NCBI GenBank assembly: GCA_030704615.1
Contig: CM060732.1
Span: 73,780,001 to 73,844,000 of the forward strand
Direction: 5' to 3'
Length of the DNA stretch: 64,000 nucleotides
From: Takakia lepidozioides
Taxonomy: Eukaryota > Plantae > Bryophyta
The notes under the pieces are model-generated. The model made no database searches. It was not told the origin of the DNA and saw nothing but the letters and a program-made list of their open reading frames with translations. The translations under genes and the position numbers were made by a program. Positions 37,069-50,969 of this stretch are shown piece after piece. The first letter of the stretch is position 1; every line of letters begins with the position of its first letter.

Positions 37069-40000
37069 ATGGCGTCCCGCTTCTGGACCCAGAATGTAAG
37101 TACTTTGTTTCGATGTCTTCCCTGCGTGTTGTTCAGTGATTTTGGAAAAGCCTGTTTAGGTGAGAAGAATGTGTTGTAGTTTTTCCTGCAATTGTCAACT
37201 CATAGGGGATGTGTGGAAGTCTGTCCTAGTCTGGTGATGCGGAGCGGAACTGAAGTGGGGAGGGAGTGGTAGACGCCGTTGTAATCTAATTAGCTTCCAG
37301 AGCCATGGTTCCAAGGTCATGCATGTGGGTTTTGAGATGGGTGTCTGGCACGGGGAAATGCAGAGTGACAGTGAGAGTGAGGAGGAAGTGCCCAGCGATG
37401 TGGAGGAGGAAACGCCTGTGGGAGGTGGCGGAGAGGGTGGAGCAGGGGGAGCTGCGGGATCCAAGTACTTGCGTGACAATCTTAGTGACAGTGATGAATC
37501 CGATGACCAGCGACGAGTGGTTCGGTCTGCCAAGGATAAGCGATTCGATGAGATGGCGCTCACCACAGAGCAGATGAAGAACCACATAAAGATAAATGAC
37601 TGGGTACAGCTTCAAGAAAGCTTTGATCGGCTCAACAAGCAGCTTGAGAAAGTGCTTCGAGCTGCCGAGTCTGAAACTGCTCCTCGCCTCTACATCAAGG
37701 CACTTGTGATGTTGGAAGACTTCCTTGCACAGGCGCTTGCCAACAAAGAGGCTAAGAAGAAAATGAGCCCCAGCAATGCCAAGGCCCTTAACTACATGAA
37801 GCAGAAGTTAAAAAAAAACAACAAGCTTTATGAAGCTGAGATTGAGAAGTTTCGGTCCAAACCAGAGTCTGAGGAGGATGTGGATGCTGACGAGGACGAG
37901 GAGGAAGATGAGGATTCTGGCGGGGATTTCAGTGACGAAGAGCCTGGAAAAATTGCAGGTGTTTACTCTGATTCTGATGAAGAGGATGCGGAAGGGGGTG
38001 ATGATGAGCAAGGGGGTTGGGAAGAGAAGAAAAGTCGGAGGGACACAGCGATGGAAAAGCAATTCAAGAGGGATCCTAGTGAAATATCATGGGATATGGT
38101 CGACAAGAAGATGAAGGAAATTATTTCAGCCCGCGGTCGCAAGGGAACGGACCGTGCAGAGCAAGTTGAGCAGCTCTCCTACCTAGCTCGGGTGGCCAAG
38201 ACTCCTGCCCAGAAACTGGAGGTGATGGTCCACGTTGTGTCTGCCCAGTTTGATGTAAACCCTAGTCTCAATACCCATATGCCAATTCAAGTGTGGAAGA
38301 AATGTGTGCAAAATGTGCTGGTCATTCTGGATATTCTGGCTCAGTATCCAAATATTGTAATGGATGAAACTTCAGAACCCGAATCAGAGAATGAGACCCA
38401 GAAGGGGGCAGACCATGAAGGGCCTATTCATGTGTGGGGAAATGTTGTGGCGTTTTTAGAACGTGTAGATGATGAACTTTTCAAGAGTCTGCAGTGCATT
38501 GATCCACACACCAAAGAGTATGTGGAGCGGCTGCGGGATGAACCCCTGTTTATGGTACTCGCACAAGATGTGCAACAGTATGTGGAGCGGCTGTCTGATA
38601 TGAAAGCTGCTTCAAGAGTTGCCCTGCGAAGGTGTGAGCACATCTATTACAAACCTCAAAAAGTGTATGAGGCAATGAGGAAACTTGCAGAGATCCAAGC
38701 CCAACCGGATGCTGTGGCTGCTGAGAGTGATACAGCAGGACCAGACGCTGGAGAAGAGTTTGATGAGAATGGAAAATTGGCTGGTGATGTGAAGCTACCT
38801 GTGGAGATCAAAGGACCCCCAGCATTTGTGGTCACCCCCGAGATTGTACCGCGCAGGTCATCATTTCCTGACCTGAGCAGGGCATTGATGGATCAGCTTG
38901 TCAGCACAATTTACAAGCATGGGGATGAGAGGACAAAGGCTCGAGCTATGCTTTGTGACATTTATCAGCATGCGATTTCTGAGGAGTTCCATACTGCAAG
39001 GGATTTGCTTTTGATGAGCCATTTGCAAGACTCTGTGCAGCACATGGATGTATCAACTCAAATACTGTTCAATCGTGCAATGGCACAGCTGGGTTTGTGT
39101 GCTTTCCGGGCCTCTCTCATCACTGAAGCACATGGCTGTCTCTCAGAGCTTTATGCAGGGGGTCGAGTAAAGGAGTTACTAGCTCAAGGAGTTTCTCAGA
39201 GTCGCTATCATGAGAAGAACCCAGAGCAGGTAATTGATAACTAGAACTTCCATTTACTTTTGTAGTTTATGTTGCAGGGGGGCCTATGAGCTGATTTGGC
39301 ACTATCGTATCTGGGAGCAATTTGGATGCTGGTGAATGATAATGAATCAGGCTGTCTGTAATTTAGCACGGATGCTTTCAGTAAATGGGTTTGACTTTGG
39401 CATATGCCCTGCTTCTCCTCCCTGGTCACTGATATGACAAGGGTGAGCTTTCGCAATATTGCAGTGTCAATACTGTGTCCCATGACAGACATGTTGATGA
39501 TGTTGAGAGGGTTCTGTGTTGAAAGGAAAGGTCATTGATCTATAGATTTCGACTGTTGGTTTGCATCAACTGGGGAAACAATCACATGTTTTGTTGAAAT
39601 GGGAATTGACCTATTAGGGTTGGGCACTCGCAGGAAAAGCTTGAACGCAGACGACAAATGCCATTCCACATGCATATCAATCTGGAGCTTTTAGAAGCCG
39701 TTCACCTGATCTGTGCCATGTTACTGGAGGTGCCTAACATGGCTGCCAACGCCCATGACATCAAGCGGAAGGTGATTAGCAAGCCCTTCCGTCGTCTGCT
39801 TGATATCAATGAACGGCAAACCTTCACTGGCCCGCCTGAGAACGTGCGCGACCATGTCATGGCTGCCACCCGCTCCCTTGGGAAGGGCAACTGGCAGAAG
39901 GCAGTGGAAGTTGTTCAAGGCCTGGATGTGTGGAAGCTGCTAACAAAACGGGAGTTTGTTCTGGAGATGCTGAAAAGCAAAATTCAGGAGGAGGCTCTTC

Positions 40001-40722
40001 GCACTTACCTCTTCACATTCTCGTCATACTATGATTCGTTGAGTTTAGATCAGTTAATGACCATGTTCGAGTTACCGGAGGCCCATGTACATAGCATCGT
40101 CAGCAAAATGATGATTGCAGAAGAGCTTCATGCCAGCTGGGATCAACCTACAAGGAGTATTGTTATGCACAACGTAGAACCTAGCAGGCTGCAAGCCCTG
40201 GCGGCCCAGTTTTCAGAGAAGCTGACAGTGCTTGTGGACAGCAACGAGAGGGCTTTTGATGCACACACAGGTGGTGGTGGCTTGGAGGGCATGTCCATGG
40301 GCAGGCGCAACAAGGATGGGCAAGATTATGCTAATGCTGCCTCTGGCAGGCGCGGGGGTGACAATTCTGGTGGTGGTCGTGAAAGGCAGGGTGGGTATTC
40401 TGGGTACGGTGGCGGTGGCGGCGGTGGTCGTTCCAACTATGGTGGTGGGAGAGGAGGGGGCCAAGGTAGAGGCGGGAGAGACAACACTGGGGGCTCCAAT
40501 TACTACAGAGACCAACGTTCAGGCCAGACAGGTGGGCGCAGCAGCAATTCTGGGTACCAGAGTACACGATACCAGGATGCTTACAGCAGTGTTGGCCGTA
40601 CACCTTACCAGACGGGACCTGCCTCATCTGTCGGCGCCAACCGAGGTGTGCAGGCTGATGCTAGTGGTCGCATGGTGAGCTTGACCCATGGAGGCCAGAC
40701 AAGGCCAAGCCCTCGATTCTGA
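37069..40722 (+). CDS. eIF3c: Eukaryotic translation initiation factor 3 subunit C; 3 exons, ~993 aa
   Basis: Exons 37069-37095 (MASRFWTQN), 37364-39229, 39634-40722. Motifs: [47 protein letters not shown] region LHASWDQP, Gly/Arg-rich tail. Confidence 0.97.
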
Positions 40723-43700
40723 GTTCTTGGATTCTGTTCATTGTGGCCCATACTGTGGGAACAACACTTCCCACCATAACCAGTTTTGTCCAGGTATGTG
40801 CTCGGAGTTTTGTTACTAGGGCTGATCTTGTAGATTGAAAGGGAGGAACTTAGTAAGTCTGTGGTATGGTTATCTATTTAATGGGACTCCTTCATCTGCA
40901 GACTCCCTACACATTATCTGACGATGTGAATGTCACATCAAAATTGGCTGTGCATGATTATTATCTTTGGGTTGCGTATTTTGTAGGTTAGTTGGACAGC
41001 ATTTTGAACAGCTATCATGTGTTGGATCTCTGCTACCTCCTTTGAGGTCAGAGAACGAACTTGCCAGTTGCCTACAAGACTGCCAAGTGAAGACAAATAA
41101 TTTGCAGATCAGGCTTTAGTTGTAATCAATTCCAGCACACTCATTGCAGAAGGTATTCCATGCTAGTACAAGTCCATGGCGGCAATTGCAATGACGTATG
41201 CTTGATCTGTTATATACTGCTGTTTGGATGAACTTAGGTGTGATGGTTGACTTAGGTTGAGCATTTTAGAATGTGAAGGATGACTTGTTATATGTTGCAG
41301 AACTGCAACCTGAGGTTGGGGACACTTGTGCCAGTACTACGAGAATATTCATGTTATCTAATTTTGTAACTAAACTTTGGCATGGGATGTGGTTGCACTG
41401 GTCTCTTATTTTGGAACATGAAATGATTATATGAAACCCATTCACCTACCCAACCCCATGCTCCCTGGTTAGTTTTACGAGCTGGGTTTGCTGAAAGTTA
41501 AACCGTATTAGATTGCTCCAGCCAAAGAGGGAGGGGTGTGTAGGTTGAAGACAAGGGATAGCTTGTTCGATTGTTTGCCCTTCAGTAAGGCACTACACTG
41601 CCACTTAGGCCCTACTTATGATAGACCCCGCACTGTAACAGCCAGAAGTATGATTAAAGAATGGGGCAATAAAGGAACACATGCCCTAAAATGGCAGCAG
41701 AGATGGCTGCATCAACCTTGTTTGGGATGTTTGGTTCTTCCTTAGGTGACATCTGAAGTTTGATGGTCATTGTCCAAGCACCCTTGAATCCATCTGTGGA
41801 TATTTCAGCTTTCAAAAGAGAAATGCACTGCTGAAAACATCTGGGATTTATGCAGTTTTAAGGCTGCAGGACAAATTCTTCTGAGACAGCTTGGTGTCGG
41901 TGTATGTGTACTTGGCATCCCTGGGGACCACAAAAAGCTCTGACCAGAAATAGCCAGATAGGGTGCAAAATACAGCAGGATTTGCCTTTAATGCCTCATG
42001 ATGGTCTCAAGTAGGTGGGCTACGACTGGCTTCCATTTTACATGGACTTGAACTAAGCAGGGTACATCTCTTTGGCTTAGAGTACCTGGTACCTGATGGA
42101 CCCTTTTCAAAACCAAAAAAAACTAAGAAGTGGTGTATTGAGTCTTGTATTACCGTCACTTGTGGTATTTCATGTTGAATGACAGATGGTTTTCAGTCTG
42201 TATTTGCCTTTGAACGGTTACTATAACTTGGGTTGTGAATGGGTCTTTGGTGAACAAGGTGTGGGTAGGTACGGTTGTGGTACCTTAGGCATGGTTTGGA
42301 ATCCCATCCGATCGGGCTGAGGACGATATGTGACTTGGTTTTTGTGAATGAAAGATGTGCTGTAGTGAGGGGTTACTAGTACATCAGCTTGCTGAATTGG
42401 ACAACTACAGTAGCACTGTGAAAACGTGAAAACATAAAAGTTAAGAGAAGGGAAAAACAAACAATAATATTACACTTTAGTGCTATACACTCAGATACTC
42501 ACATCAGTTTCTGAGTTCTGACGATGATGACAACATGGGTTATTGAATTCTGACCCGCATATGTAAGAGGCCATTGTACATCTGAGTTATAGAGCGTTCT
42601 GGCACTGGGATGCATTATAGAGAACAGGATGGATCATGGTATAGGCTTCCCGGCTAATTCTACAAGGCGACAAGATGAACCTCCCAGGCTTGCCAGCCTG
42701 GGTGGCCCACTAGGCAGATCCCTTTCCCTTTATAACTTGTTGCAAATACTCCTTGGTTCCCAGTTTCCCACTGACGGACTTTGTATTCGTTGGGTTAGAG
42801 CTACCTACCCTAATCACTGCCTTGCCCCTAATAATACCTGCACTGCCACCCTCTCCGGCTTTATACTCTGTTTTTAGTCGGCTGACTTATTGCACTCAGG
42901 CTGCAACTTGGGCAGGCTCGAAGAAAAGGATCTGCATCTTCCTGCACTCAGCCAGTCACAAGTGGATCATGGAGCAGCCTCTCTAATAAGTACATATGAA
43001 GAGCTGCAGTGCAAGCTGATCTGACCTGTCTCTTCGAGTTACCTAATACTTCTTGATACAACTCTGCATCTTGATCTAGATGAACTCCCATTGTTTCCGT
43101 GGCACCAAAGTGTAGGACAGCCTACCTGATCGATTCTCCTCAAAAGTGCAGAGCCAGAATGGCAAGTCAAGGCATTGAATCCGGACCCAACAACCCTCAC
43201 ATGTGTGGGTGCTGTTTTTCAGGCCTCCTGCTGCCATCTCTGCCATGTTGTTTGCAAACTTTCAAGTTCATGCAGCATGCTTACCTATCTAGCTAGTCTT
43301 CCTCCACTGGGACTCATATACATACTAACAGTTACACTCACTCTTTTTCATTCTTCAAGTCACACCCATCCTAAATGAAGTCTGCATTACTGCATCACTT
43401 CAATCCCAGGTAGTGAGTGAGGGATTCAGGAGTGCTGCACTGGGCTTGCTGTAACTTATACAGGTATTATGAGTGTGAGCTTCCATGGACAATGCCAACT
43501 CTGTGCATTTAGTACTCTATAGTACACTGATCACATCAGATATCCCAGAAATGAAATATCCCATATCGATTGCCTCAACCGCCTACATATCACATATGAC
43601 GTGGATACCTACCTACCTAGGTACCGAGTTGTACTAGGTACCTGGTTAGGTACCACCTACACCTCGTACGTGCACTAGAATACGTATGTACTGTCCATAC

Positions 43701-45366
43701 AGTACACGCTGCGCTCTGTTTAGTCAAAAACATCATAATGTCAACGATTTTCATCCATATCCCCTGCTTGCCATACATCCCCCGTCCACATGGGATGGCC
43801 TTGTCATTATCACATCCAATACTAGGTTAATCCAAGTAACTAATTTACTAGGTCTTTCTAAAAGATGCCTTTATGGATGTAAGTTCATGGATGATGGACC
43901 TGTCGAACCCTCATTACTTGTTTTATTTGCTGCCCTAATGAGATCTTGACCATCCAAAAATGTCAGATCCGTCCTCTGGTAAATAGTAGTGCAGTGATCT
44001 CGGGATCAAACCTTGGGGAAGAGTGGCTATATATATATTAAATGACCGCAGGAGGTGAAAAAGTGAAGTAAGGGATCCATTTAGGAACTGGCGTAGACTG
44101 GCTGGGCATCCAAATTACAGGCCCAAGAACCTCTAGCCATCAAATACCCGCCAATTATTTGATGAAAACTGCCTGTAATAAAATATTGTAATAGTCACAA
44201 GTGGATATTATTAGTTCCCTAAAATTAAACCAGGGCCTCTGTCCCGTTATAGAAAGAATCAATAAAAGCCTAATAACCGGAATGCTCAAATAACGTAATC
44301 GATTGTGAAAACTTCCGACCGACCAGCCGCTCTACATAACTCTAGAATTTAAGGAAATAATTTGCTGGATTATTTGGTATAGTACATTGTAGTATACGAG
44401 TAGAGATTAGAAATACGGGTAGAGGTACGCGTCTCTGACAGTGTCGGCAGGCTTTGTGTCTGGCTCCTTCATTCACGCTCGCGTGCTGCTGCTCGGTTTT
44501 AGTGGGAGTGAGTCATGCATGCTTCATTATTGGACTTGTTTTCTTACACTCATCTTTCACTACCCTGCTTGGCATTCCTGACTCATTGTAGCTAACTTAA
44601 CCGTGGAATCTTTTTCTCAGAAATTCATTTCACCCCGTATACGCTGGACATTGTTCCTACACTGGACTTCCCTCTCCGAACTGTGGTTGTAGGACCATGG
44701 TGTAGAAAATGGGAGAAGCGGCTTTTGCGACAGGTAAATACCTGATAGTATTGGTGGCTGTAGCATAGCTGGCAATGCTTTTCTGACAACAGCAGAGAGG
44801 TGAGCGTGGTGATTTTGTTCTGTTTCCTTACTAGTCACGGCGGACGGGTGGCCTGCTGACGCTGAGATAGAAAGTGAGCAAAACAGAGAGCGGGAGACAA
44901 GAGGCGACTAAGAAGGGAAGAAAAGAAGGCTTGCAGTCCCGGATCTGTTTGCAATGATTTGTTTGTAAGTAACTATTATCAGGAAAACTTCTTCTACAGA
45001 CAAAGAGCTACAGTAAGGGAATGCAGCGATTGTGTTTGTATACATGCAGTGATATGTGAACTCAATGCTGCCCTTCAGCAATCAGAGAGAGCTGCAAATC
45101 ACTCGTGTTCCAGCATAAAGAAGATTGACATCACATGATATGTCTGGTGTGACTTGCCTGCAGAGATCAGGAGAAGGCGGTCAGGAAATCTTGAAGAAGA
45201 GGTGTCACATCTTTGTGTTGTTGTTATGTCGTTCTGGGACACTTATTCGTAGCATCTGAGCAGCGAAATGCCACAGTTCGCTAGTTACTAGAAAGCAAAA
45301 CAAATTCTATCCCCGCAGCGAGGCACTTAGAGTGGGATAGGGGAGAGCCTGAGAAATTCAGGCTGC

Positions 45367-48300
45367 ATGTTTGGGCGAGCAGTCTCCTCGAGAATGAGGG
45401 GTCGAAACGATGGAGCTGCACAGAAACGACGGGTGTTGGTTACCGTGTGTACCATGGTGCTTATGCTGTCTCTGCTCTCTATGTACCATGGCTCCTTCTT
45501 CAGCAACCGTCTCCACAAAAGTAAGGCTGTCATTGGAGAACGCTTTGGCGGTGCCGTGGCTTACTGGTCAGGTTCGGATGCCGTAGAAGGAAAAGAAGAA
45601 TCCTCGATAGGCAGTGCCGATGACACTGAGAAGACTGCTGTTCAAGACACGGATGCGAATGTGGAGGAACAGCCGGAAGACAAGGGTGAAAAAATTGAAT
45701 CGGATGGAAAAGAAGAGTTGGAGGCAAAGGTCGACACCAGTAATGAGAAATCGGAGGACAAAGGGGATGCTGCTGAGGATGGATCCTCTGAATCCTCTGG
45801 TGAGGACACTGAACAATCTTCAGAGGATGCCAACAGCGGAGAAGAAGTCACTGAAGTGACACCAAAGTCCTTTCCTGTAAGCATTACATACGTCACTGAG
45901 CACATGCTGATAATAAGAACACTTTCTTTCCTTGGTGTGTTCTTATCATGTGAAGAATCTGGACCATGGATGAATTTGCTTGCAAACGGCAGAGTTGCAT
46001 AACATGTCTGAGCATTTTGCTCCAGCATGGAAGTGGTGGTGGAGGTCAGTTAAACTCTACGGGCTTGAAAAATCAGGAAAAACCTGCTCATGATAGGTAG
46101 GGCTGTGAGCGCAGGTATGTGATGCACGGTACACAGAATTGATTCCCTGCCTGGACCGGCAACTGATAAGCAAGATGAAGTTGAAGCTCAATCTTTCACT
46201 CATGGAGCATTATGAACGACACTGTCCCACTCCAGACCGCCGCCTCAACTGCATGATCCCACCTCCCCCCAACTACAAGGTACTAGAGACTTTTGAGTTG
46301 CGCTTATGCAGTAGCCACGGTGCAGTCTAGGTAAGAATACATGAGATGTGATCTGCTTTTGACATTTTATCATTTATTATAGGTCATCTCCTGGCGTGAA
46401 GTCGCAGCAATTATTCTGGCCCCTTGCTTTCGTTGTAGAGCACACATCTTAATAAGCACCTGCATTGATCTTATCAACCACACAATCAAGCCCTACAAGG
46501 ATTTTTTCAGTATGGTAGGGGGGTATATCAAAGAGTTTTCCAATGCATTCTGCCCCTCAGCTATACAACATCACACTATACAATTATGAGTTCTTAAAGA
46601 CAGGTCACTAACTTTGGTGGCCTTTTCAGAAATGTAACTGGACTCATGATTTTTTGATGTGGTGACCTTCACTCAGTTCACTATCTTGAGGATCATGTAT
46701 GAGGACATGTTTACATGAAACTTAGATAACCACAGTAGAAGTAGCAAGAGTGCAACAAGGAGATGGCATGGCCATTGGACTACATTATCTTAGTTTAGTA
46801 GAACCAGAGCAACAGTTTTTTGAAGCTTATTTAATGAAATTTTCTTAGTGCATGAAGTACCTCTGCTTTCTGCAACTGTGACAGGCGCCAATCAGGTGGC
46901 CATACAGCAGGGATGAAGTTTGGCAAGCCAATGTGCCACATACATTTCTGGCCCGTGAGAAGTCAGATCAGCACTGGATGGTGGTTAATGGTCAGAAGGT
47001 CAACTTCCCGGGTGGTGGCACCCATTTTCCTAATGGTGCAGACAAATACATTGCAGCTCTTGGCAAGGTATGTGTGGTTGATCTCTTCAAAACAAGATTT
47101 ATTCATTCTTCTGAAGTTATTTCTTGGCTACCCAAACATTGACATTGTGAGAAGGATTCTTGGCCTCCTGAACTAAGGAAGATTGAAGAATATTGTAGGT
47201 GGCTCACGAACCAACCAGAGGTTTTTGAGGGAAAATACTAACTTCACATTAAGGTCTTGGTTGATCCTTAGGCTGGAATGCGTTGGTGCAGAAGCCAGCA
47301 TTGTTCACTCATTCCAACATGAAAGCCCGATGGATAGGATCCTGTAATGTGTTGTCACTTTGTGCACTTCAGAATGGTGGACAATATGGCGTCGTCCGTG
47401 TGCAGTTTGTTTTGATGCCGTGTCTCTTGCTTTGATCTCAGATGCTCGGGAATAAGGACGGAAACCTGAGCAGTGGAGGAAAGATAAGGACAGTGCTGGA
47501 TGTAGGGTGCGGGGTGGCAAGTTTTGGAGCGTACTTACTTCCTTTGGACATTTTAGCAATGTCTCTGGCCCCCAATGATGTACATCAGAACCAGATTCAA
47601 TTTGCATTGGAGAGAGGTATTCCTGCAACACTTGGTGTATTAGGCACAATGCGGCTGCCATACCCAAGCAAGTCTTTTGATTTGGCTCACTGCTCTCGCT
47701 GCCGAATTGATTGGGTACAGCGGGATGGAATTCTGCTCCTGGAGGTGGATAGGATTTTGAGACCTGGTGGATACTTTGCCTGGTCATCTCCACCGGCATA
47801 TCGCGACAATGAGGAAGACAGAAAGATTTGGAAAGAAATGAGTGATCTTGTGAGTCGCATGTGCTGGACTATCGCTGCCAAGCAGGACCAGACTGTCATC
47901 TGGGCTAAGCCACGAACAAATGAGTGCTATGAAAGGCGGGCGGAGGGGACAGAACCACCATTGTGCAGCACAAAGACTGACCCCGACAATTCCTGGCAGG
48001 AGCGTATGAAGCCATGCATCACACCTTTGCCGACAACTTTGACCGAGTGTAAGGTTTCTACTTGTTCTCCCATCTTGATATGGTAGTGAGAACCCCCCTC
48101 CCCTCCATCTCCTTAATGTTGCTCTTCTGGACTTAAGCTTGGGTTTGGGTGAAAACTAAGCTGGAATGTCCTGTCTTGCAGCCGAGGAGCTAGCAGGAAA
48201 TGGTCTAGAGCCGTGGCCCAAGCGCATGTCTGCCCCTCCTCCACGCCTACAAGAACTTGGTGTCAGTGAGAAGACCTTCCATGCTGACACGGTAATGTAG

Positions 48301-49651
48301 ACATTGCCTATTGAGAACCTGTGCAATTGTTGTTTCACGAGATTCAGGATAAGTTTTGATGTAATATTGAGGCTCTTTGGTGCAGAGGCTTCGCCTCTGT
48401 TTAAGGTGCTTCCCTGGGTTGACATCAACAGGTGGCCTCCTCTAGGAGTGTAATTGAAGGCATAACCGAGGCCTACTTTCTTTGTCGTCCTCCACCATCT
48501 CTCCAATGATGCGCTGTGATTAACCAACTGTTAAGAGGCAAGTGCTATATAATCCAGGAGTCCGTTTGTCAATTCGACGTTGTTGCAGTATACTAAGACT
48601 TGTAAGAATGGGGAAACCAAATGCAGAATGCATGGAAGAAGAGGGTGGACTTTTACTGGAAGCAGCTGAAGGCAGCAGACCAAGTGGAGCAATATAGTAT
48701 ACGAAATATAATGGACATGAAGGCCAGCTTTGGTGGTTTTGCTGCAGCACTGAGAGAGAGGGACATGCCTGTCTGGGTCATGAACGTGGTGCCTGCCTTT
48801 GGCCCCAACACACTGAAAATCGTCTACGACCGTGGTTTCATTGGCTCTTTGCACAATTGGTAAGCACAGTGGTTTTTTAAGGCCGCTGGAATTATAGGAG
48901 CTGTGGCTTATCAATCATTCCATGATCCATATCAGTATTATTTAGATATCAGGGAAGCGGCTGAAAAGAAAATGGAGGGGGTGTTCGGCTTCAGGTACTG
49001 GTGTGGCTGCTAGCTGTGCCTGTCTTTCAACTTGTGAGATGGATTCTAAGCTCTAGAGTTGGCAGAATAGGATTCTCTTCCCAGCTTGCTTGAGGTTCTA
49101 CTAGCTGGTAGAAAGCTTTAGTCTTCGGTCATGGCAGCACGAATACAGGCTCCTTGCTCTGATTGATGAACATTGAAGGTGTAGTAAACTCTTTCTAATT
49201 GCGAATATGCTTTTCCCCTTACAATGGTATACTGATATGATGACTCTCATCGATGTCATATAGTAAACTGCATGCAATTTGTCCCAGTTTTTCAAAGCGT
49301 AGTCTGTTAACGTAATGGTTTTGGGGTGGGTTTTGTAGGTGCGAAGCATTTTCAACATATCCCCGCACATATGACCTGCTGCATGCCTGGACTGTGTTCT
49401 CGGATATTGACAATGAGGGCTGCAGTGTGGAAGATCTCCTGCTAGAGATTGATCGAATTCTGCGTCCAATGGGCCTTGTTATAATCCGTGACAAAACTTC
49501 GATAGTCAATCTAGTGAGCAAATATCTCCCGGCCTTGCGCTGGGATGTGTGGTCGAAAGAGTTTGAAGCAGAAAAAGATCAGATTTCAGATGCTGATGAG
49601 ACGATTTTAATTGCCCGGAAGCAATTATGGCAGCCTGAGGATACATCATGA
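45367..49651 (+). CDS. Putative SAM-dependent methyltransferase of the PMT (Methyltransf_29/DUF248) family, PMT1/3/8/9-like; 7 exons, ~706 aa
   Basis: Exons 45367-45876, 46115-46279, 46885-47067, 47442-48048, 48182-48291, 48627-48859, 49339-49651 (2121 nt). N-terminal TM segment, MEHYERHCP, FPGGGTHF, VLDVGCGVASFG, HCSRCRIDW, RNIMDM, YPRTYDLLHA. Confidence 0.95.
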
Positions 49652-50927
49652 CCTGGGGATGCTCTGTACAACATGAAGACGGGGCCTCTTGGCGAAGCAG
49701 CCTCCAATCAAAAAATTTCAAAAAAAGTTGATTAGATATTTGGGAGTCCAGGGTTGAAGTAGAGCACAATAGATATGGCAAATTGGTATGCTTTACTGCG
49801 TTGGTCTGACTACAGGCGGCACAGCATTTCTCCGAAGTCTTGTGACATGAAGCTGGTTTCAATTTGCGCACATGCGGCTGTCAGGTGCCGAGAATGGCTG
49901 CTGAGATTTGGGAAGGACATTTCATTTTTGGTCCAGGTTGGAGTGGTGGGAAGAGTGTATTCCTAGCTGGTCAAACAAAGTTGGGGAAGCACGGCAAAAT
50001 GGCACTATTGATTGATGTGGATATACAGGTTACTCCTTAGCGCTTCGGTAGCCTCATTCTTTAAGATCAAGATACTGATAGGAGCAGGTTGTTACAACTG
50101 CCCGTGTTTATGGCTATGTTGTAGTGTAAATCAGCTTTAGGCTGGGAAGCAAAGTTGTGGTATCCTTGTATGTAATTTTCCTCAGCCATGATTCCATACA
50201 AGTAAATTCAAAAGTATTCATTCTTGGGAGGTGTGAGTTGGCTCTTTTGAGGTCAATTTATCTGACTCTCTACTTTAAAGGGGGCTCGGGTTGCTGGGAG
50301 TGATGTTGATCATGTAAAGAGGGAGCCCTGGGATTGTTGGCTTGGTATAGCAATGGATATGGAGAGAGACTTGATTGCTCTCTAGATGCTGAGAATGTGT
50401 GAGGGAGAGGCTGGTATGTCAAAGAAGTGTTATAGTTACCTATTTGTTTGTTTTGCATTCACATAGAAGCTTGGCAGCAGATGCAAGTGCGAGAAGGAGA
50501 GTGGAAGGAGTAGTCGTCCTGCTGATTGCTGTGACTTTGATCTCCATGAAAATATGAGACACATCTATCTGCATGGCACCAGAGATACATCCACATGGAA
50601 ACTCAAGGAGCTCAAAGTGAGTTGAGAAATCTTGATGTTGTAGAATCGGGGGAGGAAGAATCAGCCACCAAGAAAGAAACCAAGAAAGACGAAGACAAAG
50701 GGGGGAGAAGAATGGAAGTGGGAGTCGTTCATGAGATTGATGAGATGAGGCTGAGGTTTGACTGGGGCAAGAGGAGAGCTGACCACAATGATGGTGCAAT
50801 AAGGGTGATGGAAGCAGCGTTGCAGTGATGAGTGCGGATCGCTTGCCATATCGCACTTGCGTTACATTCACTGTCTCACCATGTAGACGTGCATATAAGA
50901 GTTCCGGGAAGGTGGGTGAGAGAGGAG

Positions 50928-50931
<4 letters not shown>

Positions 50932-50961
<30 letters not shown>
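50932..50961 (+). repeat. (GA)n microsatellite just upstream of the AKR start codon
   Basis: About 15 AG units ending 9 nt before the ATG at 50970. Confidence 0.9.
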
Positions 50962-50963
<2 letters not shown>

Positions 50964-50969
50964 GTGGCG

